The translations under genes and the position numbers were made by a program. From assembly GCF_964204645.1 (NCBI RefSeq), contig NC_134027.1:18190560-18254559 (forward strand): a stretch of DNA of 64,000 nt, read 5' to 3'. Below are positions 52,235-64,000 of this stretch, one piece after another; the stretch's first letter is position 1; each line of letters begins with the position of its first letter. A model generated the notes under the pieces. That model was given only the letters and a program-made list of their open reading frames with translations. It did not search any database and was not told where the DNA came from. The stretch comes from Tubulanus polymorphus (lineage: Eukaryota > Animalia > Nemertea).

Positions 52235-52468
52235 CTCATGTTCACAGTCCCTCCACTACAATCCCTGGACTGCTATCATCAATACAGTCCTTCTTCTACA
52301 ATACTGGACTCCTATCATCTTTAGAGTCCTTCTTCTACAATACCGTACCTGTATCATCTTTATAGTCCTTCATCTACAATAGCGGACTTCTATTATCTTT
52401 ATAGTCCTTCTTCTACAATACCGGACTTCTATCATCCTTATAGTCCTTCTTCTACAATACCGGACTCC
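52235..52468. repeat. Minisatellite, about 39-bp unit, six copies, in the 5' region of the Ngaro element
   Basis: tagtccttcttctacaataccggacttctatcatcttta repeated. Confidence 0.9.
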
Positions 52469-54205
52469 AAATTAAATCGTCAAACTCGAACGTCTAGCGA
52501 AGACCCACTCGACACTACAGATGCACATCCGAAAGCGGCGAAATCCAAACGAAGACTGACCGCTACGCTGATGGCACGTGACCAGTGTGAATAGTATTCA
52601 AACTTTCACCGATGTTGGATATATGAATGAACTTTAGGCTTATTTCAATATTCTAAAGCAGGAAACAAATAAGCCCAATCAATGGGCCCTTAGGGTGTAA
52701 TGCGCACAGCTGTACCGTACACTTATCAATCAAGATTAGAGAAATCGGTATACCAAACCTATGTACAGCAAAATGTACCTGCCTATTACGATGATTTCTG
52801 GTAGTATACAAATCGTGACCACATAACGTTTTGGATCTAGGTTTGAATGAGTGAATAGTACATAGACTGAGTTACACTTGAGGCTAGTCCTGACCAAATC
52901 CCATCAACGTTATAATTGCTATCCACTGGTTAACTCTGACCAACTTTTGAGCAACCGGCCCCTGGAATGTAATATTGGGATTCGAAACCAAATGAAAAAA
53001 AATCTGGCGGTAGTCCAGTGATTTACCCACTGAGCCACATTTATCAACTGCAGGGTTGATAAATTAATTTGCATATATCCTATCCTAATCCTAATCCTAT
53101 CCCTATCCTTTGACGCATGCGCGTACACGTAGATTATTGACGCATGCGCAGAGGGAACTCACGTATGGCTAACCCGGGAGACCACTGTACAATCACGTAT
53201 GGTTAGAATTGACGTGTCCGGACTAATCGGAGGCCGAATCCGTGATTTGCGGTTGAGTTGACGATCAAGGTCGTCCAGTAAATTTTAGGCTTTTCGGGGT
53301 GCACTTTATCAATGGATAACGATTCTTTGCGTTATTCTTGTCGCTGTTTAGACCCGGTAATTACGCGAGATTAATTCATAATAAATTACTATACGCAAAT
53401 TCGAAATGGTCAGGCGCTGAGTTGTATTTCTGACGGAATTGATAATAACGTTTATAAGCTGTTAGTAATCGAATATGAGTGGAGTTACAATTTATGAAAA
53501 AGTTTTGGCTGGAAAGTGGATAATTTATGATAATAATAATAATCAACAGAATTACTATAGGGTTTCTGCGAAAGCAGCAGAAACCCTAATAATAATAACT
53601 ATAGAATCACACCCTAATAAATGATATTGATAATTCAGGGTCGGATCTAGCCTAGGTTTCGAGTCCTTTAGATGGAATCTGAGTCACTTAAGGTCATCAG
53701 ATCCTTCTGTGCGTCCACAAAATATGATATTTTGACATGGAAAAAGAAAAATCATAACGAAAAATCATTCTTAAAAATAAAAAGTTTACCAATTTCCGAT
53801 TTATCAAATTAGCTGTTCTAAATTGCTTCTGCAAGTAGAAACATTGAAGGGCACTTCTACAATTGTGAGTGCCTCTCAAGCGGTAGCAGCGGTAGGCTGC
53901 ATCCGCCCCTGTAATTATAGTATTCTAGTATAAGTGATATAGTATTAATTCTTACAATGTTTTGTTGTCATTTATTTATGAATAAAATTTTTTCAACTGG
54001 AACAGGAAGCTTTTTTTCGTGTTACATTCATGTTTTAAAATTCGATAGATTGCTGATACTATGAAACTATTAGAAACACTCAGCCAAAGTGATTTCGCCT
54101 ATAATAAGTGGCCAGGTGGTGCCCAAAACAAGTACCACTGGGTTACAAATCGTAAGTTGTTTCTGCTAGTTGAAATCATTTCCAGTTGTCATTCAAGAAC
54201 CTCTT

Positions 54206-55267
54206 TAGCCTACTTGGGACTTTAGTCCCAGCGAGCCATTGTGTTCACTTTTCGTCCGTCCATCCGTAGACGGAATCCAGTTAAATATTTTGGGAAGTTT
54301 TGAAGACGCTTCATTGTAATGTCTTGATATTTGGGTTACACCTACCCTAGACACATCTTCAGCCCAAAAACTGGCCCTGTCAGAATCAAGATGGCCGACT
54401 GGCAGCCATTGTTCGCCAAAATCAGCACTTTTTACACATTTTTGAACTTTTTTGAGGGAAATTTTGAAGACGCTTAAATCAATTAATTTGATTTTTCGTA
54501 TATATTGGAATCCCCAAGGGCCCATTACCGTAAGAAAATTGGGTCGATCGGACTCAAGATCGGCAGTCCTATGACCATTTTAGTGCCCAAAAATGTCAAT
54601 TTTGCCCCGAATTCTGAGCCATGTAGCTTCCTACTGGTTTGCCATTTCTCATTGCAATTTGTTATGGGTATTCTTTGGAAAGGGATGTTTTATGCCTGAG
54701 ACAGGTATTTTTGATCGGCCAATTATGACGCAATTGGCGGTCATCTTGGTGTCATCAGTACTCATTCGGAGGTTGGAAAAAGTTTTTCCACGTTATATTG
54801 ATACCTAAGCATATTTTGTTATCACAATCAATTGCAAAGTTGTAGCTCATGACATGGTCTATGAATGTGGTGAGGTTTAAGGACATTAGATATACTGTGT
54901 ATTTTCTAATTAGATTGGTACCTAGGTACCTATTTTGTTACCATGATCGATTGCAAAGTTGTAGTTCATGACATGCTCTATGATTGTGGTGAGTTTCAAG
55001 GTCATTGGGTTTGCATATTGTCACCACTAGGGGGGCGTTGAATAGTAGAATTACTTAGTCTTTCCGTATTAAATTGGTAACAAGGCATATTTTGTTATCA
55101 CATTAAATTACAAAATCGTAGCTGCTGACATGTTGTATGATTGTGGTGACTTTCAAGGTCATTAGTTTTTGTTTATGGTCAACAGGAGGCGTTGAATATT
55201 GAAATCGTTAGATCGTTGAGCATTGGAAACCACTTCCCAAGTGAGCATAGTGTCCCTGGACCCCTAG
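54206..55267 (+). mobile_element. HINE family A full copy
   Basis: Aligns end to end with 47165-48433. Confidence 0.8.
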
Positions 55268-55974
55268 TTTACGATTAGAAATACTTTTATTAAACTTTCT
55301 CACTGGCCAATATCGAGTCCGTGTAAATAATTCTTTTCATTAAATATAGTGAGATTTTTCGACTTAACAGTAATCGTTGTTGCCAGTAACCTGTCTGTGG
55401 TTAAATATCACGATCGCATATTTTCACAAACCGCAGTCAGGAATGTGAAGGTAATTTTTTATGGAGAACAGGCATCGTATCTAGTAGAAATCCTGCCGCT
55501 CACCGAACAACACTCGTAGTATCTCTACTGCCATGGATGTAGTGCCATAACGCTGTATCGTATAAAACTGATAATCCGATAGAAAATTGCCCGTAACGTG
55601 TCATTTTCCTGTATCCGTGATTCTATCTATGGTCATCATAGCGTTTTGTATTTCATCTTCCCAGGCAGGGATTTGAACCTGATGGCATCGCTTCACTCAG
55701 CCACGGGACGAACCCCTACCACAAAACTCCGGATGCTCAGATACATGCTCAGCTTTGCCGCACGAAAACCTGCGGCACCAATCAGATTGCTCGTTGTGTA
55801 AAGGCTGAGGTAAATTTCACGGAAGAACTTACTATAAATGCGAAAATCCGGGCTAAAATATAAAGGGATATCTGATTGGCTGATAATGACATCATCTAAG
55901 CTGTGCGTGTTCACGATTGATAATGTTGAAGCATTGTAGAGAGAATCCTACAATAATAAAATGTTACTTTGTGC

Positions 55975-56039
55975 TAGTAGATTACTCAACGTTTCGACTT
56001 CTATATCCTAATATTCATCTTCAGGAATAATGAAATACA
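55975..56039 (-). ncRNA. Minimal type I hammerhead ribozyme, Penelope-like terminal fragment
   Basis: Minus strand ttattc CTGAAGA ... GAAACGTT gagtaa; homologous to 44100-44161. Confidence 0.5.
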
Positions 56040-56091
56040 ACAGAAGTTAGGAGGAGATTCAGGGCCGGTGGAGGCAAGCTGACATTGGCCT

Positions 56092-56484
56092 GGGGAGCGT
56101 TCACAAATTACGTACCTCAAAATCTCCCGTTTTTCTGACCCCCCCCCCTTGTACCACCTTTGTACCAAATTCACTGACCCCCTTTTAGGTACGTACCATC
56201 GCACCCATGACCACCCCCCCCCCAATTATATTGATGCAAAGAATTAAGCAAGTATTGCTATTTATTGATTTTATATACCCGGTACTAAAAGCCGATAAAA
56301 CACCAACGGCTATTTTCATTTGAGTTTTGTACATAAAGTACGTACCAAGATTGATTAATACCCCCTCCCTCAAAGTACGTACCTTTTTTGCTAACCATCC
56401 CCCGTCCCCCCATGTACCACTTTGTACCAAAATTCAGTAACCCCCCTCCCCCCAATGGAGGTACGTAATTTATGAACGCTCCCC
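56092..56484. mobile_element. MITE with about 27-bp TIRs
   Basis: GGGGAGCGTTCACAAATTACGTACCTC / GAGGTACGTAATTTATGAACGCTCCCC; no clear TSD. Confidence 0.8.
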
Positions 56485-56699
56485 TGGCTCATATCCGAAG
56501 GCCCAAGGCATTAACCGCGCAATGATTCGTGCCAAGTTTTGGTATTTAATTTGGGTTCGCTGGATCGCTTGAGGCTGGCAACAGTTTCACGGTATAGCAA
56601 TATAGACACATCAGTTTCGCAGTAGTAATTGGAAAATGTGGGTTTCAGGCCAGAGGACAAGAGGACGACACACCACTCATCACCACAAGTAATTTTTTC

Positions 56700-57570
56700 C
56701 CCTGATAAATGGGGGATAGAAAAGCATTCTTAGCGACAATAAATAACAGAATAAAACCAGCAAAAAAACAATTTGAAATAAAAAAGGTAGTCGAGGAATT
56801 AAAAGATTTAGAAGGAATTAAAATAATCTATCATGGAAAAAATGAAGACGGTCATCATGATTTAGAAATTGTTGACTAACTAAAAAAGTATATTTATAAA
56901 AATAATGAATATCTAGAATCCGAAATGACTTATCTGGACAATTTAATTGCTCCGCGTAGATAGACAAGAAAGTGAGATATTCAAATAATTAAAAATAAAA
57001 TTATTTTTTACTTTTTTTCTAAAATATTAATCCATTTTTTTATTTTGAATTTTGGAATTTCAGAAGTATTTTTATTTTTAATACTAGTAGTTTCAAAATT
57101 ATTAATATCATAAATTTTATTTGATTTTTTATACCCACTACATCCAATCAAAATGAATGCGATTACAAATCCAGTTGTAAAATATGAATATTTATCAAAT
57201 ATTCTATTATTAGAAGGAGTAGAAATAACAATATTTTCACCATTATTATTAACATTTTCATTATTTATTTTTTCTTTTTTAGCTTTTTTAAATTCTTTTG
57301 ATTTAAATCCTTATTGCCGAGACCATTCAATTTGTTTCTGTGTTCTCGGTTTTTTCTTCACAGTCAATTCCTTCAATTCTTCCACTTCGCTCATTGATTA
57401 TTTTTAGAAACATTTTTACTTTCAATATTTAAAAATGTTATAACTCCAGTTGATAATAATGTCATAAATCCGCCTAATTGAAATGATAAATGCCCAATCC
57501 ACTTATTTAATTCAGCCATAACTAAATAATCATTTTTTAAATCGGAATATAATTTATTTCTAATATCAAT
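56700..57570. mobile_element. Fragment of another AT-rich Polinton-like element
   Basis: Shares the intergenic motif at 29590-29650; same composition; small minus-strand TM ORF with KPRTQKQIEW resembling 30524 KPRSEKQFKW. Confidence 0.65.
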
Positions 57571-57574
57571 TCTC

Positions 57575-58480
57575 CTTCATATCGGCTCTCCAAATATCTG
57601 GCTAAAGTACTCTCCCCGGCTTTGGGTATTTTTTCTGAATCTCACATTCGGCACAATATGGGTCTTTTAGACAAACTCAAAAATCTCAAACCTAATGGCC
57701 AAAAATTTATATCTTTCGACGCTGTTTCCTTGTTAACAAATATACCATTGGAACCAATTCTCAATTTCTTAAGAAGAAAACTTCCGGACTCCAATCTTGA
57801 TCTCCCAATTCCTGTAGATTGCTTACTTGAACTTTTGGAACTCTGTACAACCAATCTATATTTCCAATTCCAAGACAAATTCTATGGACAAATTTTCGGT
57901 TTCGCTATGGGTAACCCATTATCCCCCATTTTGGCTAATCTTTTCCTTGAACACTTTGAATACGAAATTCTTCCAAAGTACGCTGGCTAAACCTAACGCT
58001 AAACCTAACTTTTGGATTAGATATGTTGATGACATTCTGTGCTGAGTTTCTGATGATTTTAATCTTACCTCTTTTATCGACTTCATCAACTCCCAATATC
58101 CATCTTTGAAATTCATTTTTGAATGGGAACAAAATGACCAAAATCCGTTTTTAGATGTTCTAATTCACAATAAATATTCTCATTTGATTTTCTCAGTCTA
58201 CCGTAAACCTATCATCGCCGAGGGATACCTTCACTATTTTTTGTTTACTGCTAAATCGATCAAAATTGGTCTCGCTCTCCGTGTACTACGGATCTGCGAT
58301 GAAACCTTCCTTTCGGCTGAATTTGACCATATATCCAACTCTCTTAGAAAATTGGCTTACCCTGATCACATTTTGAAAATCGCTATTTCTAAGGCCAAAC
58401 GTACTTTCTTCAATTCTAAACCTCCAGAAAATAAAAAACGCATTTCAGAGTTCATTGTAGTTCCGTATGTACCTGTTTAT
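57575..58480 (+). pseudogene. Penelope-like element reverse transcriptase fragment
   Basis: SFDAVSLLTNIP, AMGNPLSPILANLF, RYVDD, FLDVLI, VYRKP. Confidence 0.85.
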
Positions 58481-59293
58481 AATGTATGTACCTGTTTTGA
58501 TGTCTCCCGTCTCTCTCCCTCTCGTTCCTACCTGAAGATGTGCTATTTTACCGTTTTTTATGGTTCATATTTTGATGTCAATGGCGGCCTTATGGTTACC
58601 TAGCAACCACGTGAAATAATTTAGTCCCCATTCTCGAACATTTTGGTTTATTGTAGAATGATAATTTATCGGTGAAAATAATTTTACCCTTTCAAAAACT
58701 CCGTTCACGTAAAACATTAGAAACAGCTGAAAATGACTAAAAAAATGTTTCAATTATTCCCCACAACATAGCGTCGCCAGATTTCTGATTTAATGGTCCA
58801 AAAAATTATTCGATCGCATTTTTCGCGTTCATTATCTGGAAGATGAGAGCGGGCTAAACAATCGCGTAGCGATATGTCCGCATTGACATTGGCAGTAAAG
58901 AATGGGGAACAGCCTCTTCTGAATAGAAAAACATAAAATTATGTACCTCCGGTTTATAAATATCACAGTGTTTGGATATCACTGTTGTTCCAACTATCAG
59001 TATCCATGGGATTATTTGGGATTAATTCTCAGCGTCAGAATACGTATTTCTAGAGCAGTGGAACGACAGCCTAGTCGTGACTGAAACCCGTATGTGATCG
59101 GTTAGACCTATTTCCTAGACGTGGGTCCGAGATGTCATGGCGTCATGAGTCTGATGACATCATCAATGATTTTCAAGGTCGTGTGGAGCATCTCTACACA
59201 AATACCTAGTAAAACACCGCCTTACTCTCTGTACCGCCAAAATCGTTCTGCACCGATGTGGGCGGTATATCGGGGAGGGTGACTGTATCTTTT

Positions 59294-59520
59294 TGGTGAA
59301 ATGAATTGTATTTATAAACTACACATTGTACCTGTAATTTTATTCTATCTAAAAAAATAACTTGAAATATTTTTATTGTTAATATACATGGTCGGCATAT
59401 TTGCACTTTGGTGAAATGAATTTTATTTATAAAACTACACATTGTACCTGTAATTTTAATCTATCTAAGAAAATAACTTGAAATATTTTTATCGTTAATA
59501 TACATGGTCGGCATATTTGC
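59294..59520. repeat. Tandem duplication, about 115-bp unit
   Basis: tggtgaaatgaatt...ggcatatttgc twice. Confidence 0.85.
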
Positions 59521-60598
59521 GCTTGGTACGTACATGGTATCACACTTTGTCTTCACTTTAATAATAATAGTATTTTGACAGAAGAATATGCATTTACATG
59601 CACATGATCAAATTTTTTCCTACTGGTGTGTTTTAGGTCCAAAATCGGCTCAAGGATTTCTTGTCTAAAGTTATGCATATTCTCCTGTGCAATGCGTATT
59701 CAACAAATAGCACGAAATATATGATTTGTTATTTCACCATTTTATGCCGTGGTCAAGTATTCTTGATCTTAAATGATGAACCAATCTCCAGAACCCAGTC
59801 CTACAGTTGTCAGAGTTAACTCATTGAAAATTAACTCATTTTAGAGTAAAATCTAATTCGCAACTGTAGAACTGGACCCAGTTCCACAGTTGTGTGTTAG
59901 AGTTAACTCTTGAGTTAAAGTTAGTTCATTTTCGATGACTTAACTCAGAGTCAAATCTTAGCTGGGAACAGTGGGACTGGACCCCGATCCCTTAACTTGT
60001 TCATTTATTTTATTTCACTATTTTATGCAATGATCTCAAGTATTCTTGATCCTTTGTGACCTATAGAGATGCACTATTTAGTGTTCATGGGAGAACTAAT
60101 CTACTATGCAGAACGATTTCCTATACGCGATTCCAGAAACTAGCGCCGCGTAGCGGCAGGTGCGCGTACATGGTGGATAAACAAACCCGAAAGTGAAAAT
60201 GTGCTACGCTAACGCATGAAGAATATCAGTATAAATGCCTGTTTAAAATGCGCTTTATGTTTACGTCAGCTGTCGATAATTTATTATGATGGTGAGTTAT
60301 TGCTTCTTCAAGGGTTATCCAAACATTTTATGATATATTGTGGTGCACAATATGGCCTAAAATGACGTAGTTTGCTGATGACAATAGGGGATACAATTTT
60401 CACTCAATGACATGTTTGAATGGATGGATGATGATGAATAGAATTTTGGTTTGATCTCGATTGTCAACCACATAGTCGACCTCAGTTTAAAGATACACTC
60501 AAAGCAGATCTTTTAGCACACGACAATGGGAGAATGAATTATACTTTTAAAGACCATACAATAAACCATTGAGTACGGCCTAGGCCTATATGGGAAAA

Positions 60599-60950
60599 AT
60601 TGTTGATAAAAGTTTTTAATAGCAATATTTCATTCCAGGAGCGAAATGAAACTGGAGGAAAGTCATCAACTGGGACTGATGGCAAAACTAGTAGGCCTAC
60701 AGCAGAAGCCTCTTATATTGAAACGAAATCGAAGGTGAGATAAATTTTCTATAAAAGGCCCAGGGCCTTGTTTTTTAATAATTGTTGATAAAAGTTTTTA
60801 ATAGCAATATTTCATTCCAGGAGCGAAATGAAACTGGAGGAAATTTGTCAACTGGGACTGATGGCAAAACTAGTAGGCCTACAGCAGAAGCCTCTAATAT
60901 TGAAACAAAATCAAAGGTGAGATAAATTTTCTATAAAAGGCCCAGGGCTA
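60599..60950. repeat. Tandem duplication, about 182-bp unit
   Basis: attgttgataaaagtttt...aaaaggcccagggc twice. Confidence 0.85.
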
Positions 60951-60999
60951 GCCCTTGTTTTTTAATAACATCGTTCAAAACATATTTGTTTTATTTCAG

Positions 61000-62395
61000 G
61001 GAAACAAAAACTGCTGTGTTCCCCTTTGTCACAAGGCTGGATATTTGATTGAAAAAGGTGAAAAAGTAACATTTCATCGATTCCCGAAGGATGAAAATTT
61101 ACGCAGACAATGGATTATCAAAATAAAAAGGGATCCCGGTGATAATTTCAAAATAAAAGACCATACATTTGTTTGTTCACGACATTTTCTACCCGAGGAC
61201 ATTGAATTTAACGTCTACAATCAAAGGAGATATCTTCGTCGCGGTGCTGTGCCCAGTGTTTTTGAATGTTGGAAAGACTTTCAAAACATAGGTCAACAGT
61301 CACAGAAAAAGTCCCGAAAGCAACCAACTCAACGACTCTTGGATTTTAGAAATATGGACGCCCCGCCTGAAGAAATTGCAACCCAATCACCAGTGCATGA
61401 ACCAGTTACTGATCCACTTGTCGAAATAACAACTGGAGAAAATTAAGAGAGAAAATATAGAACTGAGGGCTGAAAATGAGGACTTATCCAAAAAGCTTAA
61501 GAATGTCGAATTTTGTATAGCTAATGTAAAATATAGTGAAATTCCTTTTTTCATTGGATATCCTTCTCGAGACGTGTTTTATGCTGTACTTAAGTATTTA
61601 GACCCTGGTGAAAAAGGCCAAAATATCATATACTGCGGACACATGAGCAAATCTCTCGTCGTATCTGCATCAAAATTTGGTCGCCCCAGAAAACTTACTC
61701 CAGAGAATTTTTCCTTTTTCTCTGCCGGGTCAGATTAGGGTTATTTGAACAAGATCTCTCTGAGCGTTTTAATGTATCTGTTTCTACAGTTAGTGATATA
61801 ATCATCACTTGGGCTAATTTCACATTTATGAGGCTTGGTTCATTAAATATATGGGCAACGAAACAATCTATCAATCGTCTATCAATCAGCATATGCCCGA
61901 ATCTTTTAAAATTAAATACCCACAAACAAGAATAATAATTGAGGCAACTGAAATTAAATTAGAGATGCAATCGTCACTGGTTTTGAAGTCCGAGTCGTAT
62001 TCTAATTACAAAAGTAGCAATACTTTGAAAGGTTTAATTGGGATAAGTCCAGCTGGTTGTCTGAATTTTGTGTCGCAACTTTACACGGGGTCAATTTCAG
62101 GAGTGGTCTCCTAAAAATGCCATTTGACAGGGGTACCCACTTGGTATCCGATAAACCATTCCACCATTTCTAGGTATGAATAGTCAAATGAATGCCGAAG
62201 ATGTGTACAATACACAAGCAATTGCTGCCGAGCGTATATGTTGAGCGGCTGATTAATAAGATTAAAAATTTCCATATATTTGACAGTGTTGTCCCTCTCA
62301 CACTTGCTGGTTCGATCAATCAACTATGGTCGAGTTGTGCGCTTCTCACTTTGTTTCAGAACCCAATAATTTCCCAAGAAGTTAAGAAAACCTAA
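61000..62395 (+). pseudogene. THAP-domain Harbinger/ISL2EU-type DDE transposase
   Basis: CCVPLC..FHRFP..W..VCSRHF..AVP (THAP); LGLFEQDLSERFNVSVSTVS (HTH); RIIIEATE, YSNYK..NTLKGLIGISP, VERLINKIK. Confidence 0.85.
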
Positions 62396-62558
62396 GGCTT
62401 ATAATCTGTATTCAACTTTTGTGTATTTCTGTACAAATTGTATATGTCATTTATATGATATTCCATGTTTACAAAATAAATTCGATGAATGATTGATAGA
62501 ATAAAATTAGTATTTATACATCATACATGTGTATTGTGTTATTGCGGTAGCAAAAAAT

Positions 62559-63393
62559 TCAAGCATCATTTGCATCAAACCTATTTTTCACAATATATGG
62601 AGCTAGATGAGTTAAATAAAAGATTGAAATTTTATCCAACATTTCATCCCAAAATTGTTGATGAAATGGAATCCTTTGAATTGACATACCCTTCTTGGTG
62701 TATATGACAAAATCACGAAAGTCCAAGCCGCATACACCCATTTGTCCTTGAATCTGGCTATAATAATGGTGTGATGTTTTCAATTGTATTTTGCCATCTA
62801 TAAGATTACAATAAAATTCCTTTTCTCCTGCGGGTAACATCTTTGAACGAATATGGACATTTTATTTCGAGAAGACCGTAACTCTGGGTATCAGCAACTA
62901 TTATCTTCCCATCCGGAGTTGCACCCAGCCAACTGAAAGATCGATTCATCGCTAACCCACATGGTAAAACATCTACATGTTTCCCAGAATTAGCCATATA
63001 GTTTCTATACTTTGACAGAGCAAAAGGTTCATTGTCAATGCCATATTGTATGGCAGCAATGGAACTCAAGTCTTTTTTCGTTATAAGAGATGATAGAAAT
63101 TTCTCTGTTGGAGCTGCTTTTCGATTCAGTACTAAACCAAAATTACTCGCAGTCAGTCTGTACTGTCTTTCGTTGAACCAAAGAGAACTATCTCGCTGCA
63201 TTCTGGTCTCATGTTCCAATTTAATAACATACTGTGGACACGGGTCAATCATGTCGATTAAAGGTTGTAAGTCATTAGAAATATTGCAACTTGGTTTATA
63301 ATCACTTCTTTTCATTGGCATATCAGGAAATATTCTCGGGTTAAAAGGTGTCGACTTTTTGGTTTCAGAAAAACTAACATATACTTCGAAATC
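62559..63393 (-). pseudogene. YqaJ-like (lambda exonuclease family) protein, convergent partner ORF of an ISL2EU-like element
   Basis: WFNERQYRLTASNFG, YGIDNE, WLGATPDG, LEIKCPY, YYSQIQGQM. Confidence 0.85.
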
Positions 63394-64000
63394 AGTAATA
63401 GGGATAATAGGCTTTCAGATCAAAGGTCGAAGGGTCGAGCTCGTAAAAAAATGAAAATAACAATAATTTACAGTTAAATTAGTCGCGCACTCTCCTAATT
63501 CAACTGTAAATTATTATTATTTTCATTTTTTACTCACTCGCCCCTTCAACCTTTAACCTGAAAGCCTATTATCCCTATTACTATTAAAATAATCATATAC
63601 ATGAATAACATTTAAATTGACAGATTATTCAATATAAAAGTGTAAGCTCTTATAGAATAGATATATAGATATATTTTAAACATTATTTCAATATTCATAT
63701 TTGTATGAGTTAGATTTTTAAACATTAAAAGTGTTAGTAAAGTGTGATTGAAATAATTCATATTTAAATCATTGAACTTCTAAAATCAATTTAGTAAAAA
63801 AATATGTATAATAAATAGAATCAGAACAACTACAAACTATCAATATTACAAATAACACTGGTGTCATAAACATATACTACAAGAAGTGTTCTAAATGTGA
63901 AATAGATAAATTAGCTATAACAGAATTTAATAAGCGTAAGATTAGCAAAGATGGTTTTCAATATTGCTGTAAAACTTGTACTAAACTATATACCAAACAA
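63394..64000 (+). mobile_element. Left end of a second Polinton-like element (terminal hairpin plus HNH gene start), runs off the window
   Basis: Hairpin 63394-63582 homologous to 24837-24988; 63815 onward encodes QTINITN..VINIYYKKCSKCE..SKDG homologous to 28936. Confidence 0.85.

Larger units (their letters stand above)
42485..52598 (-). mobile_element. Ngaro/DIRS-type tyrosine-recombinase retrotransposon with split direct repeats A1-ORFs-B1-A2-B2
   Basis: A: 52543-52598 = 42671-42726; B: 42721-42791 = 42485-42569; gag, RT, RNase H and YR inside. Confidence 0.9.

Noticed and set aside
52235-52468. CRISPR array
   Set aside because: Units are contiguous with no unique spacers, there are no cas genes, and the context is eukaryotic

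Overview
AT-rich, repeat-dense animal (probably marine invertebrate) nuclear DNA made almost entirely of nested, mostly decayed mobile elements. The only convincing host gene is a protein-kinase-like (probably pseudokinase) gene whose last two visible exons (8743-8971, 41512-41925) join in frame across a 32.5-kb GC-AG intron. That intron holds an Academ-like transposon, a copia fragment, Helentron-type repeats and a near-complete, very AT-rich Polinton/Maverick-like endogenous virus (about 24837-41310: pPolB, HNH nuclease, internally deleted integrase, packaging ATPase, major capsid protein, membrane proteins). The most striking signal is this virus family's cis-architecture. A 150-190 nt imperfect terminal hairpin shows compensatory changes and conserved mismatches in two divergent copies (24837-24988, 63394-63582). 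Nine of 11 gene starts are TAAATG, an AATC motif sits exactly 31 nt upstream of three starts, and an intergenic stem-loop is conserved. Together these suggest (inference) a hairpin-ended Polinton-like virus with poxvirus-like promoters, possibly dependent on a helper virus. Downstream lie a complete Ngaro/DIRS-type tyrosine-recombinase retrotransposon (42485-52598) with split direct repeats, a lox-like junction and apparent spliceosomal introns in gag, Penelope fragments with minimal hammerhead ribozymes, and an ISL2EU-like THAP-transposase/YqaJ element. All family assignments come from motif recognition by eye; no searches were run.
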